Below, one piece after another: positions 35,801-50,519 of a stretch of DNA of 50,768 nt; position 1 is the stretch's first letter, and each line of letters opens with the position of its first letter. Location of the stretch: contig JAYQVM010000002.1 in NCBI GenBank assembly GCA_038148435.1, forward strand, positions 1 to 50,768. Reading direction: 5' to 3'. This DNA comes from Gammaproteobacteria bacterium (lineage in GTDB: Bacteria; Pseudomonadota; Gammaproteobacteria; Pseudomonadales; Pseudohongiellaceae). The position numbers were made by a program, and so were the translations under genes. The notes beneath the pieces were generated by a model, which did no database searches, had not been told where the DNA came from, and saw only the letters and a list, made by a program, of their open reading frames with translations.

Positions 35801-37635
35801 TATTCTACGGTGACAGATTTGGCTAGATTTCTTGGCTGGTCCACATCTGTACCCTTGATGACAGCAACATGATAGGAAAGCAGCTGCAGAGGAATGGTAT
35901 AAATGATTGGATCCAGAAATTCACTGCTGTGCGGCATATTGATGACCTTTATAGTGTCATCATCTTCAAAGTGTGCTTCTTTGTCAGCAAAAACATATAA
36001 CTTACCTCCACGTGCACTCACTTCCTGCAGGTTGGATTTTAGTTTTTCAAGCAACTCATCATTAGGCGCGATGGCAATAACCGGCATATCTTCATCCACT
36101 AGCGCAAGCGGTCCATGTTTAAGTTCGCCAGCAGGATAAGCTTCGGCATGAATATAAGAAATTTCCTTGAGTTTTAGTGCTCCTTCCTTGGCCACTGGAT
36201 ATTGTACGCCACGTCCAAGAAACAGCGCATGATCTTTTTCAGCAAAGTCATTTGAAATTTCTAAAATCGCCTGGTCAAGTTTAAGCACTTCGTCAATTAC
36301 TTCAGGTAGGTGATGTAGTTCGTTAACGAGGTGCTTTTCATCGTATTCTGTAAGGCCCTTATGACGAGCTAATATGATGGGCAGCAGGGAAAGTATGCAC
36401 AACTGTGTAGTAAAGGCCTTGGTAGAAGCTACTCCTATTTCTCTACCCGCCTGGGTCATAATCATCAGATCAGATTCCCTCACCAGTGAGCTGTTGGAAA
36501 CATTACATATAGCTAGTGTCGCCAGGTAGTTAGACTCATTGGCATAGCGCAAAGCGGCCAAAGTGTCTGCGGTTTCTCCGGACTGTGAAATGGTCACGAA
36601 GAGGCAGTTTTCCGGCACAATAATATTGCGGTAGCGATACTCACTTGCGATATCAACAGAACAAGACATGCGGGCAATATTTTCAAACCAGAATTTGGCA
36701 ATCATACCAGCATGGTAACTTGTGCCGCAGGCAACAATTTGAATACTTTGTGTTTTTTCAAAGACCTCCTGTGCTGCCACTCCAAAGGCTTGTTCCAACA
36801 CATGAGTATGACTTAACTTTTCGGCAAGTGTATTTCGAATTACTCTTGGCTGTTCAAAAATTTCCTTCAGCATGAAGTGCCGAAACGCCCCTTTGGAGCT
36901 GTCTGCCATCTCTTCACTTAAACGAACAATATGACGGTTGATTTCTTTACCATCATTCCAGATGCGAATTTTCTTGATGGTAATTTCTGCAATATCACCT
37001 TCTTCCAGATAGATAAATCTATCTGTGACCTGGCCCAGCGCCCCGGGGTCCGAGGCAATAAAGTTTTCCCCCATTCCCACGCCAATAACCAGCGGACTGC
37101 CACTACGTGCAACGACTATTCGATCCGGAAACTCTTTTTTAATAACAGCAAGGCCATAAGCCCCTTCAAGTCGGCCAACGACGTCTTTAACAGACTGAGT
37201 TAAATCGCCTTGTTTTTTGACAAACTCGGCATGAATCATGTGCACGATGACTTCGGTATCAGTCTGCGTCAAAAATTCATAACCCTGCGCAAGAAGCTCC
37301 TGTTTGAGTTCTTGGTGGTTTTCGATGATTCCGTTATGAACCAAGGCTAGGCTATCACCGGAACAGTGTGGATGTGCGTTGACTTGTGTCGGTTTTCCGT
37401 GGGTAGCCCAGCGAGTATGCGCGATACCTATAGTACCTTTGATATCGCTGTTTTGAACTTTTTCCTCTAGGGCGGCAACTTTGCCAACTGTTTTTATACA
37501 GTCAATACTGCCATGCTTTTTATTGATCAAGGCAAGCCCTGCAGAATCATACCCTCGGTATTCCAGGCGACGAAGCCCTTCCAGCAAGATATCTGTTACC
37601 TTTCTCTGGCCGATAGCACCAACAATGCCACACAT
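35800..37635 (-). CDS. glmS: Glutamine--fructose-6-phosphate aminotransferase
   Basis: I chose the start at 'MCGIVGAIG', which gives the obligatory N-terminal Cys after Met. Two SIS domains follow, and the C-terminus '...AKSVTVE' is canonical. The 23-aa upstream extension in the track overlaps glmU. Confidence 0.95.
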   Translation of the reverse strand: MCGIVGAIGQRKVTDILLEGLRRLEYRGYDSAGLALINKKHGSIDCIKTVGKVAALEEKVQNSDIKGTIGIAHTRWATHGKPTQVNAHPHCSGDSLALVHNGIIENHQELKQELLAQGYEFLTQTDTEVIVHMIHAEFVKKQGDLTQSVKDVVGRLEGAYGLAVIKKEFPDRIVVARSGSPLVIGVGMGENFIASDPGALGQVTDRFIYLEEGDIAEITIKKIRIWNDGKEINRHIVRLSEEMADSSKGAFRHFMLKEIFEQPRVIRNTLAEKLSHTHVLEQAFGVAAQEVFEKTQSIQIVACGTSYHAGMIAKFWFENIARMSCSVDIASEYRYRNIIVPENCLFVTISQSGETADTLAALRYANESNYLATLAICNVSNSSLVRESDLMIMTQAGREIGVASTKAFTTQLCILSLLPIILARHKGLTEYDEKHLVNELHHLPEVIDEVLKLDQAILEISNDFAEKDHALFLGRGVQYPVAKEGALKLKEISYIHAEAYPAGELKHGPLALVDEDMPVIAIAPNDELLEKLKSNLQEVSARGGKLYVFADKEAHFEDDDTIKVINMPHSSEFLDPIIYTIPLQLLSYHVAVIKGTDVDQPRNLAKSVTVE

Positions 37636-37639
37636 GGTT

Positions 37640-39016
37640 TTACTTCCTGTTATTTTTTTGCGGCCTCTTCCAGCCGTCAATATTTGTTTGCTTGCTGCGT
37701 GCAATCACTAATTGCCCCGTCTCAGCATTTTTGGTAACAATCGAGCCAGCGCCAACCGTAACGCCATTTGCTATTTTTACTGGCGCAATCAGAGCAGAGT
37801 TAGAACCTATAAAAACATTATCACCAATAATTGTCTGGAACTTATTAACTCCATCATAATTGCAGGTTATTGTTCCTGCTCCGATATTCACACCTGAACC
37901 CATTTGGGTGTCGCCAACATAGCTGAGATGATTAACCTTGCTGCCTTTACCGATATGAGCTTTTTTGGTTTCAACAAAATTACCAATTTTTGCTTCATCA
38001 TCTACCAGGGTTCCCGGGCGAATACGGGCAAAGGGGCCAATGCTGCATTTGCTTCCAATGCTAGCATCTTCTATAACGCTGTTTGCTTCAATTCGGGTTT
38101 CCTTCTCAATAGAGCAATTTTTAATTATACAGTTTGGCCCTATACAAACACCCTTTCCTAGCTTAACCTTGCCTTCTATAATCACATTGATATCTATCTG
38201 TACTTCTGTATCCGCTTCTAATTCACCCCGACAGTCAAAGCGTGAAGGGTCAAAAAGTTTTACCCCCTGAATCATAAGTTGATGTGCCTGATCTATCTGG
38301 TGTGCTCTTTCAAGTGTAGCTAGTTGTAACATATTGTTGACGCCGCTGGCCTCTAGTTCATTATCGCAGCTGACATCATTTACTTTACAACCATCCTTTA
38401 TACAAAGCTCGACAATATCCGTTAAATAATATTCTTTCTGTGCATTACTGTTTTGAATTCTAGGAAGCCACTGTTTTAATTTTTCTACCGGAAATGCCAT
38501 GATGCCCGTATTAATTTCTGTAATTTTTCGTTGTTCCGCATCTGCATCTTTTTCTTCGACAATGGACCTGATCTGACCGTCTATATCGCGTATTATTCGG
38601 CCAAGTCCCTCTGGGCATGAAACGTCACAAGTTAATACTGCCATGGATTGCTCATCAGTTTTATCCAGCAGCTTCTTCAGAGTTGATGTCTTAATAAGTG
38701 GCACATCTCCGTAAAGGACCAGCACTTTGGCCTTCTCATCAAGCATTGGAAAAGCCTGCTCAACAGCATGAGCCGTCCCTTTTTGTTCGGCTTGGAAGAC
38801 AAAATTTAGCGGCAGATATGACAGCTTTTTCTGAATCTTTTCGGCCTGATGACCAATAACCAATGTCGTATTTTGGGATTTAAGTTTTGCTGCCGTTGCA
38901 ATGACATGCTCAACCAAGCTCCGACCAGCAAGCTCATGTAAAACTTTTGGGGTCTGCGAATACATCCTTGTACCCTTGCCAGCCGCTAGAATAACAACAT
39001 TTAATTTACTACTCAT
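37640..39016 (-). CDS. glmU: Bifunctional UDP-N-acetylglucosamine pyrophosphorylase / GlcN-1-P acetyltransferase
   Basis: 'VVILAAGKGTRMYS..PKVLH' marks the N-terminal nucleotidyltransferase. C-terminal left-handed beta-helix hexapeptide repeats follow. 458 aa. Confidence 0.95.
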   Translation of the reverse strand: MSSKLNVVILAAGKGTRMYSQTPKVLHELAGRSLVEHVIATAAKLKSQNTTLVIGHQAEKIQKKLSYLPLNFVFQAEQKGTAHAVEQAFPMLDEKAKVLVLYGDVPLIKTSTLKKLLDKTDEQSMAVLTCDVSCPEGLGRIIRDIDGQIRSIVEEKDADAEQRKITEINTGIMAFPVEKLKQWLPRIQNSNAQKEYYLTDIVELCIKDGCKVNDVSCDNELEASGVNNMLQLATLERAHQIDQAHQLMIQGVKLFDPSRFDCRGELEADTEVQIDINVIIEGKVKLGKGVCIGPNCIIKNCSIEKETRIEANSVIEDASIGSKCSIGPFARIRPGTLVDDEAKIGNFVETKKAHIGKGSKVNHLSYVGDTQMGSGVNIGAGTITCNYDGVNKFQTIIGDNVFIGSNSALIAPVKIANGVTVGAGSIVTKNAETGQLVIARSKQTNIDGWKRPQKNNRK

Positions 39017-39066
39017 GCTTGCCTTCCGTCCTCTAAGCTAGAGTTAGCTATAACCACAAGAATAGC

Positions 39067-39090
39067 AAAAAAAAAAGCAGCTAACGCTAC
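39067..39090 (-). terminator. Candidate intrinsic terminator after atpC
   Basis: The minus strand reads 'GTAGC-GTTA-GCTGC' (5-bp stem including one G-U pair) followed by T10. It lies 41 nt downstream of the atpC stop and upstream of glmU. Confidence 0.45.
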
Positions 39091-39130
39091 TTTTTCGTAA
39101 TTCACATTATAGCCTTGCCCTAGCCCTGTT

Positions 39131-39556
39131 TCAGGATCCGGTCTTTCTGCGCAACTGTTGCAGAGTGCGAATCTGAGCTGCTGCTTCAGCAAGTTGGGCT
39201 GCTGCTCTAGAGTATTCAAATTCTGCATCCTGATTGGCAATCGCAGCCTCAGCTTCTTGGCGAGCTTTTTCAGCTGTCGCTTCGTCAACATCGCGGGCGC
39301 GGATAGCTGTGTCAGCCAGAATATTGACAGTACCGGGCTGTACTTCTAGAAAGCCGCCAGAGACGTAAAAGATTTCTTCCTCGCCTCCTTCTTTAACCAC
39401 ACGAACTGGACCCGGAATCAGGGCAGTCAGAAGTGGGGCATGTCCTGGATAGATACCCAGATCTCCGAAACTACCAGCTGCGGTCAATGATTCAACATCA
39501 CCTGAGTAAATTCTGTCTTCAGCGCTAGCAATATCACAATAAAAGGTTCTAGCCAT
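39131..39556 (-). CDS. atpC: F1 ATP synthase epsilon subunit
   Basis: '[20 protein letters not shown]...[15 protein letters not shown]'. Last gene of the atp operon. Confidence 0.93.
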   Translation of the reverse strand: MARTFYCDIASAEDRIYSGDVESLTAAGSFGDLGIYPGHAPLLTALIPGPVRVVKEGGEEEIFYVSGGFLEVQPGTVNILADTAIRARDVDEATAEKARQEAEAAIANQDAEFEYSRAAAQLAEAAAQIRTLQQLRRKTGS

Positions 39557-39577
39557 AATGATTTCCGGTTAGCTTAC

Positions 39578-40996
<1,419 letters not shown>

Positions 40997-41018
40997 TCAA
41001 ACTCTTCTAAATTTTTTA

Positions 41019-41879
41019 CTAGACTGCTGCTGCACCACCAACGATCTCGGAGAGCTCCTGGGTGATGGCTGCCTGTCGAGCCTTGTTATAGATAAGCTGC
41101 AACTCATTAATAAGTTCACCGGCATTATCTGTGGCATTTTTCATGGCTATCATTCGTGCTGCCTGCTCACAGGCGTTATTCTCTACAATAGCCTGATAAA
41201 CCTGAGACTCGATATAACGAGTCAGCAGGCCGTCCAGCAGTTCTTTTGCATCCGGTTCATATATATAGTCCCAGTGATGCTTCATTCCATCTTCTTCTGA
41301 CATCGGCAAGGGGAGGAGCTGTTCAATGGTTGGTTTCTGTGTCATCGTATTGACAAACTCATTGCCCACCAAGAACAGTCTGTCTATCTGTCCTTCTTCA
41401 AAACTCTCGAGCATGACTTTTACCGCACCAACGACATCCTCTGTGGTAGGTTGATCACCGATATTACGAATAGCAGCAACCACGTTTCCGCCAAAGCTAT
41501 TAAAAAAACTCGAGCCTTTTGCGCCAACCGTGCAAATATCTACTCCAACGCCCTGATCATGCCAACTCTTCATATTGATAATCATGTTCTTGAACAGGTT
41601 AATGTTCAGGCCGCCGCAAAGCCCCCGGTCAGTCGAAACCACGATATAACCAACCCGTTTGACTTCACGCTCATCCATAAACTCATGTTTATATTCTGGC
41701 GTTGATGCCGCAATATGGCTGACGACGCTACGGATATTACGCGCATAAGGTTTCCCCAACTCCATACGATCCTGCGCCTTGCGCATCTTGCTGGCTGCCA
41801 CCATTTCCATGGCGCTAGTAATCTTCTGCGTATTCTTAATACTGCCAATCTGATTACGAATTTCTTTTCCGGCTGCCAT
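41019..41879 (-). CDS. atpG: F1 ATP synthase gamma subunit
   Basis: '[36 protein letters not shown]...[15 protein letters not shown]' is canonical gamma. Confidence 0.96.
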   Translation of the reverse strand: MAAGKEIRNQIGSIKNTQKITSAMEMVAASKMRKAQDRMELGKPYARNIRSVVSHIAASTPEYKHEFMDEREVKRVGYIVVSTDRGLCGGLNINLFKNMIINMKSWHDQGVGVDICTVGAKGSSFFNSFGGNVVAAIRNIGDQPTTEDVVGAVKVMLESFEEGQIDRLFLVGNEFVNTMTQKPTIEQLLPLPMSEEDGMKHHWDYIYEPDAKELLDGLLTRYIESQVYQAIVENNACEQAARMIAMKNATDNAGELINELQLIYNKARQAAITQELSEIVGGAAAV

Positions 41880-41885
41880 GCTTAA

Positions 41886-43430
41886 TTACCAGGTCTGTGT
41901 CTCAATGAATTTATCCAGGGCTGCCTTGAAGCTAGCTTCCGTATCATCAGTGTAATCACCCGTGTCATTGATTGCCTTCATGAGTGCAGCCTGTTCGCTG
42001 TTCATGTAGGAAAGCAACGAGCTTTCGAAATCCTGGATCTTGTTGATTTCAACCTGTTTCAGATAGCCGTTGTTAGCGGCATAAATTACCACCGCCATTT
42101 CAGCAACGGTAAGGGGAGAATACTGAGGCTGTTTCATCAGCTCGGTGACGCGCTGTCCATGTTCGAGCTGAGCTCGTGTTGCGTCATCCAGGTCAGAGGC
42201 GAACTGGGCAAAAGCTGCCAGCTCCCGATACTGTGCCAAGGCAAGTCGGATGCCTCCCCCTAGCTTTTTGATAATCTTGGTCTGTGCTGCACCACCCACT
42301 CGACTGACTGAAATGCCTGCGTTCATGGCCGGACGGATGCCAGCATTGAAGAGAGAAGTTTCCAGGAAGATCTGACCATCTGTGATTGAAATCACGTTGG
42401 TCGGTACGAAAGCTGAAACATCTCCCGCCTGGGTTTCGATAATCGGCAGCGCTGTTAGTGAGCCGGTCTGGCCTTTAACTTCACCATTAGTAAATTTTTC
42501 TACATAGTCAGCATTTACACGTGCGGCTCTCTCCAGCAGACGTGAGTGCAAGTAGAAAACGTCACCAGGGTAAGCTTCACGGCCTGGAGGACGACGCAAC
42601 AGCAATGAAATCTGACGATAGGCCCAGGCCTGTTTGGTCAGGTCATCATAAATAATCAGCGCATCCTGTCCACGGTCGCGGTAGTACTCCCCCATGGTAC
42701 AGCCTGCGTAGGGAGCAATGAATTGCATGGCGGCTGGATCAGAGGCGCTAGCAGCTACTACGATAGTATGGTCCATAGCACCATGCTCTTCGAGTTTGCG
42801 AACCACAGAGGCAATGGATGACTGTTTCTGTCCCACCGCTACATAAATACATTTTACGCCGGTGCCTTTCTGGTTGATGATGGCATCAACTGCTACGGCG
42901 GTTTTACCCACCTGACGGTCGCCAATAATTAGCTCACGCTGACCGCGGCCAACTGGCACCATGGCGTCGATTGCTTTAAGTCCTGTCTGAACCGGTTGGG
43001 ATACACCCTGTCTGGCAATTACCCCAGGAGCCACTTTTTCAATAGCGTCGGTTTTTTTGGCATTGATAGGCCCTTTGCCGTCAATTGGATTTCCCAGCGC
43101 ATCGACCACTCGGCCTTCCAGCTCCGGACCAATTGGGACCTCAAGAATACGTTTGGTACAACGGCAAGTCTGGCCTTCAGCGAGACTTTGATAGTCACCC
43201 AAAACAACAGCTCCAACTGAGTCTCTTTCCAGGTTGAGCGCCATACCATATAGGCCGCCTTCAAACTCAATCATTTCTCCATACATCACATCGGCAAGGC
43301 CATGAATACGTATAATGCCGTCGGACACAGACACGATCGTGCCCTCGTTTTGTGCCTGAGCACTAACATCTAGCTTATCAATCCGATGTTTAATAATTTC
43401 GCTTATTTCTGAAGGGTTCAGTTGCTGCAT
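41886..43430 (-). CDS. atpA: F1 ATP synthase alpha subunit
   Basis: '[11 protein letters not shown]' and '[22 protein letters not shown]'. 514 aa. Confidence 0.97.
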   Translation of the reverse strand: MQQLNPSEISEIIKHRIDKLDVSAQAQNEGTIVSVSDGIIRIHGLADVMYGEMIEFEGGLYGMALNLERDSVGAVVLGDYQSLAEGQTCRCTKRILEVPIGPELEGRVVDALGNPIDGKGPINAKKTDAIEKVAPGVIARQGVSQPVQTGLKAIDAMVPVGRGQRELIIGDRQVGKTAVAVDAIINQKGTGVKCIYVAVGQKQSSIASVVRKLEEHGAMDHTIVVAASASDPAAMQFIAPYAGCTMGEYYRDRGQDALIIYDDLTKQAWAYRQISLLLRRPPGREAYPGDVFYLHSRLLERAARVNADYVEKFTNGEVKGQTGSLTALPIIETQAGDVSAFVPTNVISITDGQIFLETSLFNAGIRPAMNAGISVSRVGGAAQTKIIKKLGGGIRLALAQYRELAAFAQFASDLDDATRAQLEHGQRVTELMKQPQYSPLTVAEMAVVIYAANNGYLKQVEINKIQDFESSLLSYMNSEQAALMKAINDTGDYTDDTEASFKAALDKFIETQTW

Positions 43431-43446
43431 TCTCTATTTTCCTCTA

Positions 43447-43983
43447 CTAGGATCCCATTGCCTCTGCAAGACGGTGGAGTTTGCCTCTTACGGAATCATC
43501 AATGACTAGATCACCGGCACGAATAACAATGCCGCCAATCAGATCCTTGTTAATTTCACTGTGAATTTTTACATCCCGATTCAGTTTTGCCTTGATCGCC
43601 TGTGCCAGTTTCTTTTCCTGCTCACTGGCCAGCGGAAATGCTGTGATGATTGCTACATCAACGGTTTTTTCCTTTTCTGCCTTGAGCCGATCAAACAATT
43701 CAAGAATTTCCGGCAACAATCCAAGGCGCTTGTTTTCTGACAACACTTTTACAAAGTTATGTAGCGACGCATTGATCTCATCCTTGCACAAATCAATAAC
43801 TATCTGTGCCTGCTGTTCACTCGTCAGCGATGGTGAAGAAAGCGCGGAGGCTACGGTTTTATGGCTGACGACATTTGCCAGCAAGGCCAGCATGTCAGAC
43901 CAGGTCTGCAAGTTGCCATTATGCACAGCCACTTCAAAAGCTGCTTTGGCATAAGGTCTTGCTAGGGTTGTGAGCTCTGCCAT
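43447..43983 (-). CDS. atpH: F1 ATP synthase delta subunit
   Basis: 'LTTLARPYAKAAFEVA...GGIVIRAGDLVIDDSVRGKL' is the OSCP/delta pattern. Confidence 0.93.
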   Translation of the reverse strand: MAELTTLARPYAKAAFEVAVHNGNLQTWSDMLALLANVVSHKTVASALSSPSLTSEQQAQIVIDLCKDEINASLHNFVKVLSENKRLGLLPEILELFDRLKAEKEKTVDVAIITAFPLASEQEKKLAQAIKAKLNRDVKIHSEINKDLIGGIVIRAGDLVIDDSVRGKLHRLAEAMGS

Positions 43984-43998
43984 AGTCGGTCGCTTTCC

Positions 43999-44469
43999 TT
44001 ACAGGGATTCCGCCAGTTTTTCAGTTAACTTGGCATGCGCAGCTTCATCAATGGATGCTTCCAGTATTTTTTCCGCTCCACTGATAGCAATTTTTGCTAC
44101 CTGCGCGCGAAGCTGCTCCTTTGCACGATTGACTTCCTGTTCAATCTCGGCCTGAGCCCCCGCAATCATGCGCTGGCCTTCTTCACGGCCCTGCTCTTTG
44201 GCTTCCTCAACTATCTGGCTTGCGCGCTTGTTAGCCTGGTCGATAATGCTGGCAGCCTGAGCTTTGGCTTCCTTCAGCTGCTCCGCAACATTTTCCTGTG
44301 CCTGCTCCAGATCCCTGCTGGCTTTATCGGCTGCTTCCAGACCATCAGCAATGCGTTTCTGTCTTTCTGCCAGAGCAGCAGTCAGTGGCGGCCAGACATA
44401 TTTCATGCAGAACCACACGAAAAATGCAAAAGCGATCATCTGACCGAGCATCGTTGCATTAATGTTCAC
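43999..44469 (-). CDS. atpF: Fo ATP synthase b subunit
   Basis: One N-terminal TM segment followed by a long charged helix. The operon position between atpE and atpH fits. Confidence 0.93.
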   Translation of the reverse strand: MNINATMLGQMIAFAFFVWFCMKYVWPPLTAALAERQKRIADGLEAADKASRDLEQAQENVAEQLKEAKAQAASIIDQANKRASQIVEEAKEQGREEGQRMIAGAQAEIEQEVNRAKEQLRAQVAKIAISGAEKILEASIDEAAHAKLTEKLAESL

Positions 44470-44515
44470 AGTGTTACCTCTTGGTAATAGCGTTCAATAT
44501 CTAGCGTGTTGGTGA

Positions 44516-44788
<273 letters not shown>

Positions 44789-44836
44789 TTAAAGGTCTTG
44801 CCTAATGTTAAAAAGTGAATCGTTACACGTAATATA

Positions 44837-46136
<1,300 letters not shown>

Positions 46137-46217
46137 CCTGGCGTATTGAACTTCGGTGCTTTTCGACGGGGCGGGATTATAAAGATTTTCATGCAAACAG
46201 GCAATGACCTGTCTACC

Positions 46218-47129
46218 CTACTTGATATGCTCTAGTATGCCATCTAGCTGATCCAGCGAAGAATACTTAACCACTAGCTTCCCTTTGCCTTTTGCAGAGT
46301 GTTGAATCTGTACTTCGGCACCTAGCTTTTCTGCTAATGTGTCCTGTAAGTGCCTGATGTCAGGATCCAGGCCTTTTGGGTGTGCTTTGCCAGCGGGTTG
46401 TTTTTGCAGGCGCCTAACCAAAGCCTCTGTCTGCCGAACTGACATTCCTTTCCCGACCACGGTTTTAGCAGCTCTTGATTGCTGCTCTCCATTCAAAGCC
46501 AACAGTGCTCTGGCGTGTCCCATCTCCAGATCACCGTGCTCCAGTGACAACCGAACATCCGAATTTAGGCTCATCAGTCGAATTAAGTTGCTCACCGTGG
46601 TCCGTGATTTGCCTACCGCATCAGCGACCTCCTGCTGGGTGAGTTCAAATTCGTCTTGCAGGCGCTTCAAAGCCATTGCTTCTTCAATCGAGTTGAGGTC
46701 TTCTCGCTGAATATTTTCAATCAGCGCCATGGCGATCGCTGCCTCATCAGGGACATCCTTGATGATGACGGGAATACTGTCCAACCCGGCCATCTGCGAG
46801 GCCCGCCAGCGTCTCTCTCCCGCAATGATTTCATAATGCTTATCACTGATGGGGCGAACGACGATAGGTTGCATCAGTCCCTGCGCCTTGATAGAAGCCG
46901 CCAGATCCTCAAGCGCTTCTGGCCGCATATCCAGTCGAGGTTGATAGCGCCCCGCCTGAATAAATTCAATCGGCAGTTTCAATAAATCATTAGCTATTGC
47001 CACAGAGGGGCTTGGGTCATTTCTCTCTAGATGGCGCTTCTCTTCAGGGCCTGGGTCCGCAGTGATTTTAGTCTGTGATCCCAGCAGGGCATCAAGCCCT
47101 CTGCCTAGACCTCGTTTTTTTAAAGGCAT
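46218..47129 (-). CDS. parB: Chromosome partitioning protein ParB
   Basis: 'KKRGLGRGLDALLG' and 'IIAGERRWRASQMAGL', with an HTH 'TQQEVADAVGKSRTTVSNLIRL'. 303 aa. Confidence 0.95.
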   Translation of the reverse strand: MPLKKRGLGRGLDALLGSQTKITADPGPEEKRHLERNDPSPSVAIANDLLKLPIEFIQAGRYQPRLDMRPEALEDLAASIKAQGLMQPIVVRPISDKHYEIIAGERRWRASQMAGLDSIPVIIKDVPDEAAIAMALIENIQREDLNSIEEAMALKRLQDEFELTQQEVADAVGKSRTTVSNLIRLMSLNSDVRLSLEHGDLEMGHARALLALNGEQQSRAAKTVVGKGMSVRQTEALVRRLQKQPAGKAHPKGLDPDIRHLQDTLAEKLGAEVQIQHSAKGKGKLVVKYSSLDQLDGILEHIK

Positions 47130-47134
47130 GTTGC

Positions 47135-47947
47135 TTACTCTTTGCTTTCTTCTGATTGGGATGTGGCGTTTTCCACTTTTGCTGGGGCTGCTTTTCGCAG
47201 TATTTCTCCAGCAAGTGCTATATACGCCAGCGCTCCTCGGGAGCTAATGTCATAAGCCATGACAGGCAAACCATAACTCGGCGCTTCGGCTAGGCGTATA
47301 TTCCGGGGAATTACCGTCCGATAAACCTTGTCGCCGAAATAATCTTTTAATTGCTCAGAAACATCAAGTGTCAGGCGATTTCTGGGATCAAACATAGTAC
47401 GTAGAATACCCTCTATTTCCAGCTTTGGGTTCAAATTATCAGCAATTGCTTGGATAGTATTGCTCAGGGCGCTGAGGCCTTCCAAAGCATAGTACTCACA
47501 TTGCATCGGTATCAGCACACTATCCGCTGCCACCAGTGCATTTACCGTCAGCATATTCAAAGAAGGAGGGCAGTCTATCAGCACAAAATCAAACTCCAGG
47601 CTGTTTTCGTTGAAAATCTTTTTCAGCGTTCCCTCTCTCTTGTCGGAGCTCAGCAAGAATACTTCAGCTGCCGTCAGGTCACTGTTTGCCGGCAAGACTT
47701 CATAACCTGCCTGATCAGCATATGTTACAACGTCTGAAAATGTGGCTTCACTGGTCAAAAGATCATAAACCGAGCACTCCACCTCGTTTTTTTCTATGCC
47801 GCTACCCATGGTAGCGTTACCCTGAGGATCCAGGTCCACCATCAGCACATTTCGGCCAGCTCTAGCAAGCGATGCGGCCAGATTGACAGTGGTTGTGGTT
47901 TTACCTACTCCGCCTTTCTGGTTTGCTATGGCAATAATTCGTGTCAT
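47135..47947 (-). CDS. parA: Chromosome partitioning ATPase ParA/Soj
   Basis: It has the deviant Walker A 'IAIANQKGGVGKTTT'. I prefer the ATG at 47947; the track's 47956 start is a TTG. Confidence 0.93.
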   Translation of the reverse strand: MTRIIAIANQKGGVGKTTTTVNLAASLARAGRNVLMVDLDPQGNATMGSGIEKNEVECSVYDLLTSEATFSDVVTYADQAGYEVLPANSDLTAAEVFLLSSDKREGTLKKIFNENSLEFDFVLIDCPPSLNMLTVNALVAADSVLIPMQCEYYALEGLSALSNTIQAIADNLNPKLEIEGILRTMFDPRNRLTLDVSEQLKDYFGDKVYRTVIPRNIRLAEAPSYGLPVMAYDISSRGALAYIALAGEILRKAAPAKVENATSQSEESKE

Positions 47948-47952
47948 TTTTA

Positions 47953-48609
47953 TCAATCAGTTTTTCCCAACTCCAGTAAGTGTCTGGAGCCTGGTTCTCC
48001 CGGTAAACTCAACTCATGTAGCGCGAGTACCCGAAAGGTTGTCGGCATCTCTGCAATTTCCTGCTCAGGGTACTGCCCTTTCATTGCTAGTAGCCTGCCC
48101 CTTGTTGCCAGCAGGTGTTGGCTTTGTTCAATAAACTGCTTCAGTGTCGAAAAAGCCCTGCTAAGGACAGTATCAAATGCCTCCTGACTTTGATAGCTTT
48201 CAACTCGCTGCTGGACAATATCAACATTTTCCAGCTTGAGCTTTACCACACTTTGGTAAACGAAGCGCATCTTTTTGCCGTTGCTGTCCAGTAGACTGAA
48301 ACGGGATTGCGGCAGGCAAATGGCCAGCAACAAGCCGGGAATCCCGGCTCCGGTCCCGACATCCAGAATTTTTTTTCCGCGTATATAGGGCAGAATACTC
48401 AAACTGTCCAGAAGGTGCAGCCTCAGCATTGCTTGCGGCTCTTTGATGCCAGAAAGGTTGTAGGCCTGGTTCCACTTCACCAGTAGTTCCAGAAAATCAA
48501 GCATTTTTTCCTGCTTGGCCATATCAATATCCAGCTTTAAATAACTGATACCGTCACTTAATTCGGCACTTAGCGAGGTGTAATCAAACTGCCGCATTAC
48601 CTGCTTCAA
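47953..48609 (-). CDS. rsmG: 16S rRNA (guanine527-N7)-methyltransferase RsmG (GidB)
   Basis: '[23 protein letters not shown]' and the SAM motif '[13 protein letters not shown]'. It sits between mnmG and parA. Confidence 0.93.
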   Translation of the reverse strand: MKQVMRQFDYTSLSAELSDGISYLKLDIDMAKQEKMLDFLELLVKWNQAYNLSGIKEPQAMLRLHLLDSLSILPYIRGKKILDVGTGAGIPGLLLAICLPQSRFSLLDSNGKKMRFVYQSVVKLKLENVDIVQQRVESYQSQEAFDTVLSRAFSTLKQFIEQSQHLLATRGRLLAMKGQYPEQEIAEMPTTFRVLALHELSLPGEPGSRHLLELGKTD

Positions 48610-50519
48610 GCTGACTGACTTTCCTGTAAAGCCTGTTTTTTACCGACCTGCTGCTTTTTCAGATAAATCAGTAACAGCGAAATAGCCGCTGGAGTCACTC
48701 CTGGAATGCGTGATGCCTTGGCAATGCTGACTGGTTTTGCCTGTGACAGTTTCTGCTTCAGCTCATTGGATAAACCGGAAATTCCCTGATAATCAAAATC
48801 CTCTGGCAAACGGGTCGCTTCCTGGGTTTTGAGTTTTTCTATTTCACCCTGCTGGCGATCTATATAACCCTGATACTTGAGTTTTATCTCTACTTGTTCA
48901 CTGACAGCTGGTAGCGGCAGCTCTGTTAATACGCCCGCATCCACACAAGCCTCATTTAGCTGATTCACATTGACACGTGGACGAGCCAGAATATCTGATA
49001 GGCGATATTCGTGAGCCAATGGTTTGTCCAGTAGGGGATTTATAAAACCGGCCAGATCAGAGTCTGCCTGCACCCAGGTCTGCCGCATTCGCTGTTCTTC
49101 CAATTCCACTGCTTCCCGCTTGGCATTGAAAGCCTCCCAACGCCGCTCATCTACCAGCCCAAGCTCCCTGCCAAACTCCGTCAAGCGTAAATCTGCGTTA
49201 TCCTGTCGCAGCATCAGCCGGAATTCTGCCCGGCTGGTAAACATACGATAGGGTTCCTGTGTGCCCTGACAGATTAAATCATCGACCAATACGCCCAGAT
49301 AGGCCTGATCCCGTGCCGGGCACCAGGCTTCCTTTTCTTGCACTGCAAGAGCAGCGTTGATGCCGGCCAGCAAACCTTGCGCTCCTGCTTCCTCATAGCC
49401 TGTTGTTCCATTAATCTGTCCGGCGAAATATAGGCCACTGATAAATTTCGTTTCCAGCGAATACTTAAGATCCCTAGGGTCAAAATAGTCATATTCGATG
49501 GCATAGCCAGGACGGATGATGTGAGCCTTCTCAAAACCCTTGATATTAGCGATCAGTTCCTGTTGCACTTCAAAAGGCAGGCTGGTGGAAATACCATTGG
49601 GATACAGTTCGTGTGTGTTAAGCCCTTCAGGCTCGACAAAAATCTGATGGCTGTTGCGATCTGAAAATCGTACTACTTTGTCTTCTATCGAAGGACAGTA
49701 GCGTGGTCCTACACCCTCTATTTCTCCAGTATACATCGGTGAATGCTTGAGCCCTGCTCTAATAATGTCATGGCAGCGCTCATTGGTCTGAGTGATATAA
49801 CAGGAAATTTGAGGGGGATGATCTTCCTCTAAACCCAGGTAAGACATCACCGGTAATGGTTTATCGCCTGGCTGCTCCTGCATCTGGGAAAAATCGACAG
49901 TCCTAGCATCAAGGCGTGGCGGTGTTCCCGTTTTCAGTCGACCTACCCGAAAAGGAAGTTCCCGCAGACGATGAGCCAGCGCGATGGAGGGTGCATCACC
50001 TGCCCGACCTCCAGCGTAATTCTTCAAACCGATATGAATTTTTCCGCCCAGAAAGGTGCCTGTGGTCAAAATGACCTTATCGGCAAAAAATTTCTGGCCC
50101 ATCTGGGTAACCACACCTCGTACAAACTCTCCCTCGATAATGAGGTCATCAATTGCCTGCTGGAAAATATTGAGATTAGGCTGGCTTTCCAGAGTCTGCC
50201 GAATAGCCGCTTTATATAGAACTCGATCTGCCTGTGCCCTAGTTGCCCGAACTGCCGGGCCTTTGCTCGCATTAAGGGTTCTAAACTGAATTCCGGCTTT
50301 GTCTGCTGCCAGAGCCATGGCACCACCAAGGGCATCGATTTCTTTAACCAAATGAGTTTTACCAATCCCGCCTATAGCCGGATTACAAGACATCTGTCCT
50401 AGGGTCTCAACACTGTGACTTACCAACAGGGAGCTGACCCCCATGCGCGCAGCGGCCAGTGCTGCTTCTGTACCGGCATGCCCTCCGCCAATGATGATGA
50501 CACCAAACCTGTCTTGCAT
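48606..50519 (-). CDS. mnmG: tRNA uridine 5-carboxymethylaminomethyl modification enzyme MnmG (GidA)
   Basis: The FAD motif is '[21 protein letters not shown]', followed by '[24 protein letters not shown]'. 637 aa. Confidence 0.96.
   Translation of the reverse strand: MQDRFGVIIIGGGHAGTEAALAAARMGVSSLLVSHSVETLGQMSCNPAIGGIGKTHLVKEIDALGGAMALAADKAGIQFRTLNASKGPAVRATRAQADRVLYKAAIRQTLESQPNLNIFQQAIDDLIIEGEFVRGVVTQMGQKFFADKVILTTGTFLGGKIHIGLKNYAGGRAGDAPSIALAHRLRELPFRVGRLKTGTPPRLDARTVDFSQMQEQPGDKPLPVMSYLGLEEDHPPQISCYITQTNERCHDIIRAGLKHSPMYTGEIEGVGPRYCPSIEDKVVRFSDRNSHQIFVEPEGLNTHELYPNGISTSLPFEVQQELIANIKGFEKAHIIRPGYAIEYDYFDPRDLKYSLETKFISGLYFAGQINGTTGYEEAGAQGLLAGINAALAVQEKEAWCPARDQAYLGVLVDDLICQGTQEPYRMFTSRAEFRLMLRQDNADLRLTEFGRELGLVDERRWEAFNAKREAVELEEQRMRQTWVQADSDLAGFINPLLDKPLAHEYRLSDILARPRVNVNQLNEACVDAGVLTELPLPAVSEQVEIKLKYQGYIDRQQGEIEKLKTQEATRLPEDFDYQGISGLSNELKQKLSQAKPVSIAKASRIPGVTPAAISLLLIYLKKQQVGKKQALQESQSA

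Noticed and set aside
39013-39291. A 92-aa minus-strand ORF spanning the glmU-atpC spacer and the 3' end of atpC
   Set aside because: It overlaps atpC out of frame and runs through the A/T-run terminator region. It has no SD or family signal.
44035-44487. A 150-aa plus-strand ORF opposite atpF
   Set aside because: It is antisense to the repetitive, charged b-subunit gene. A Leu/Phe/Cys-rich translation is typical of shadow frames.
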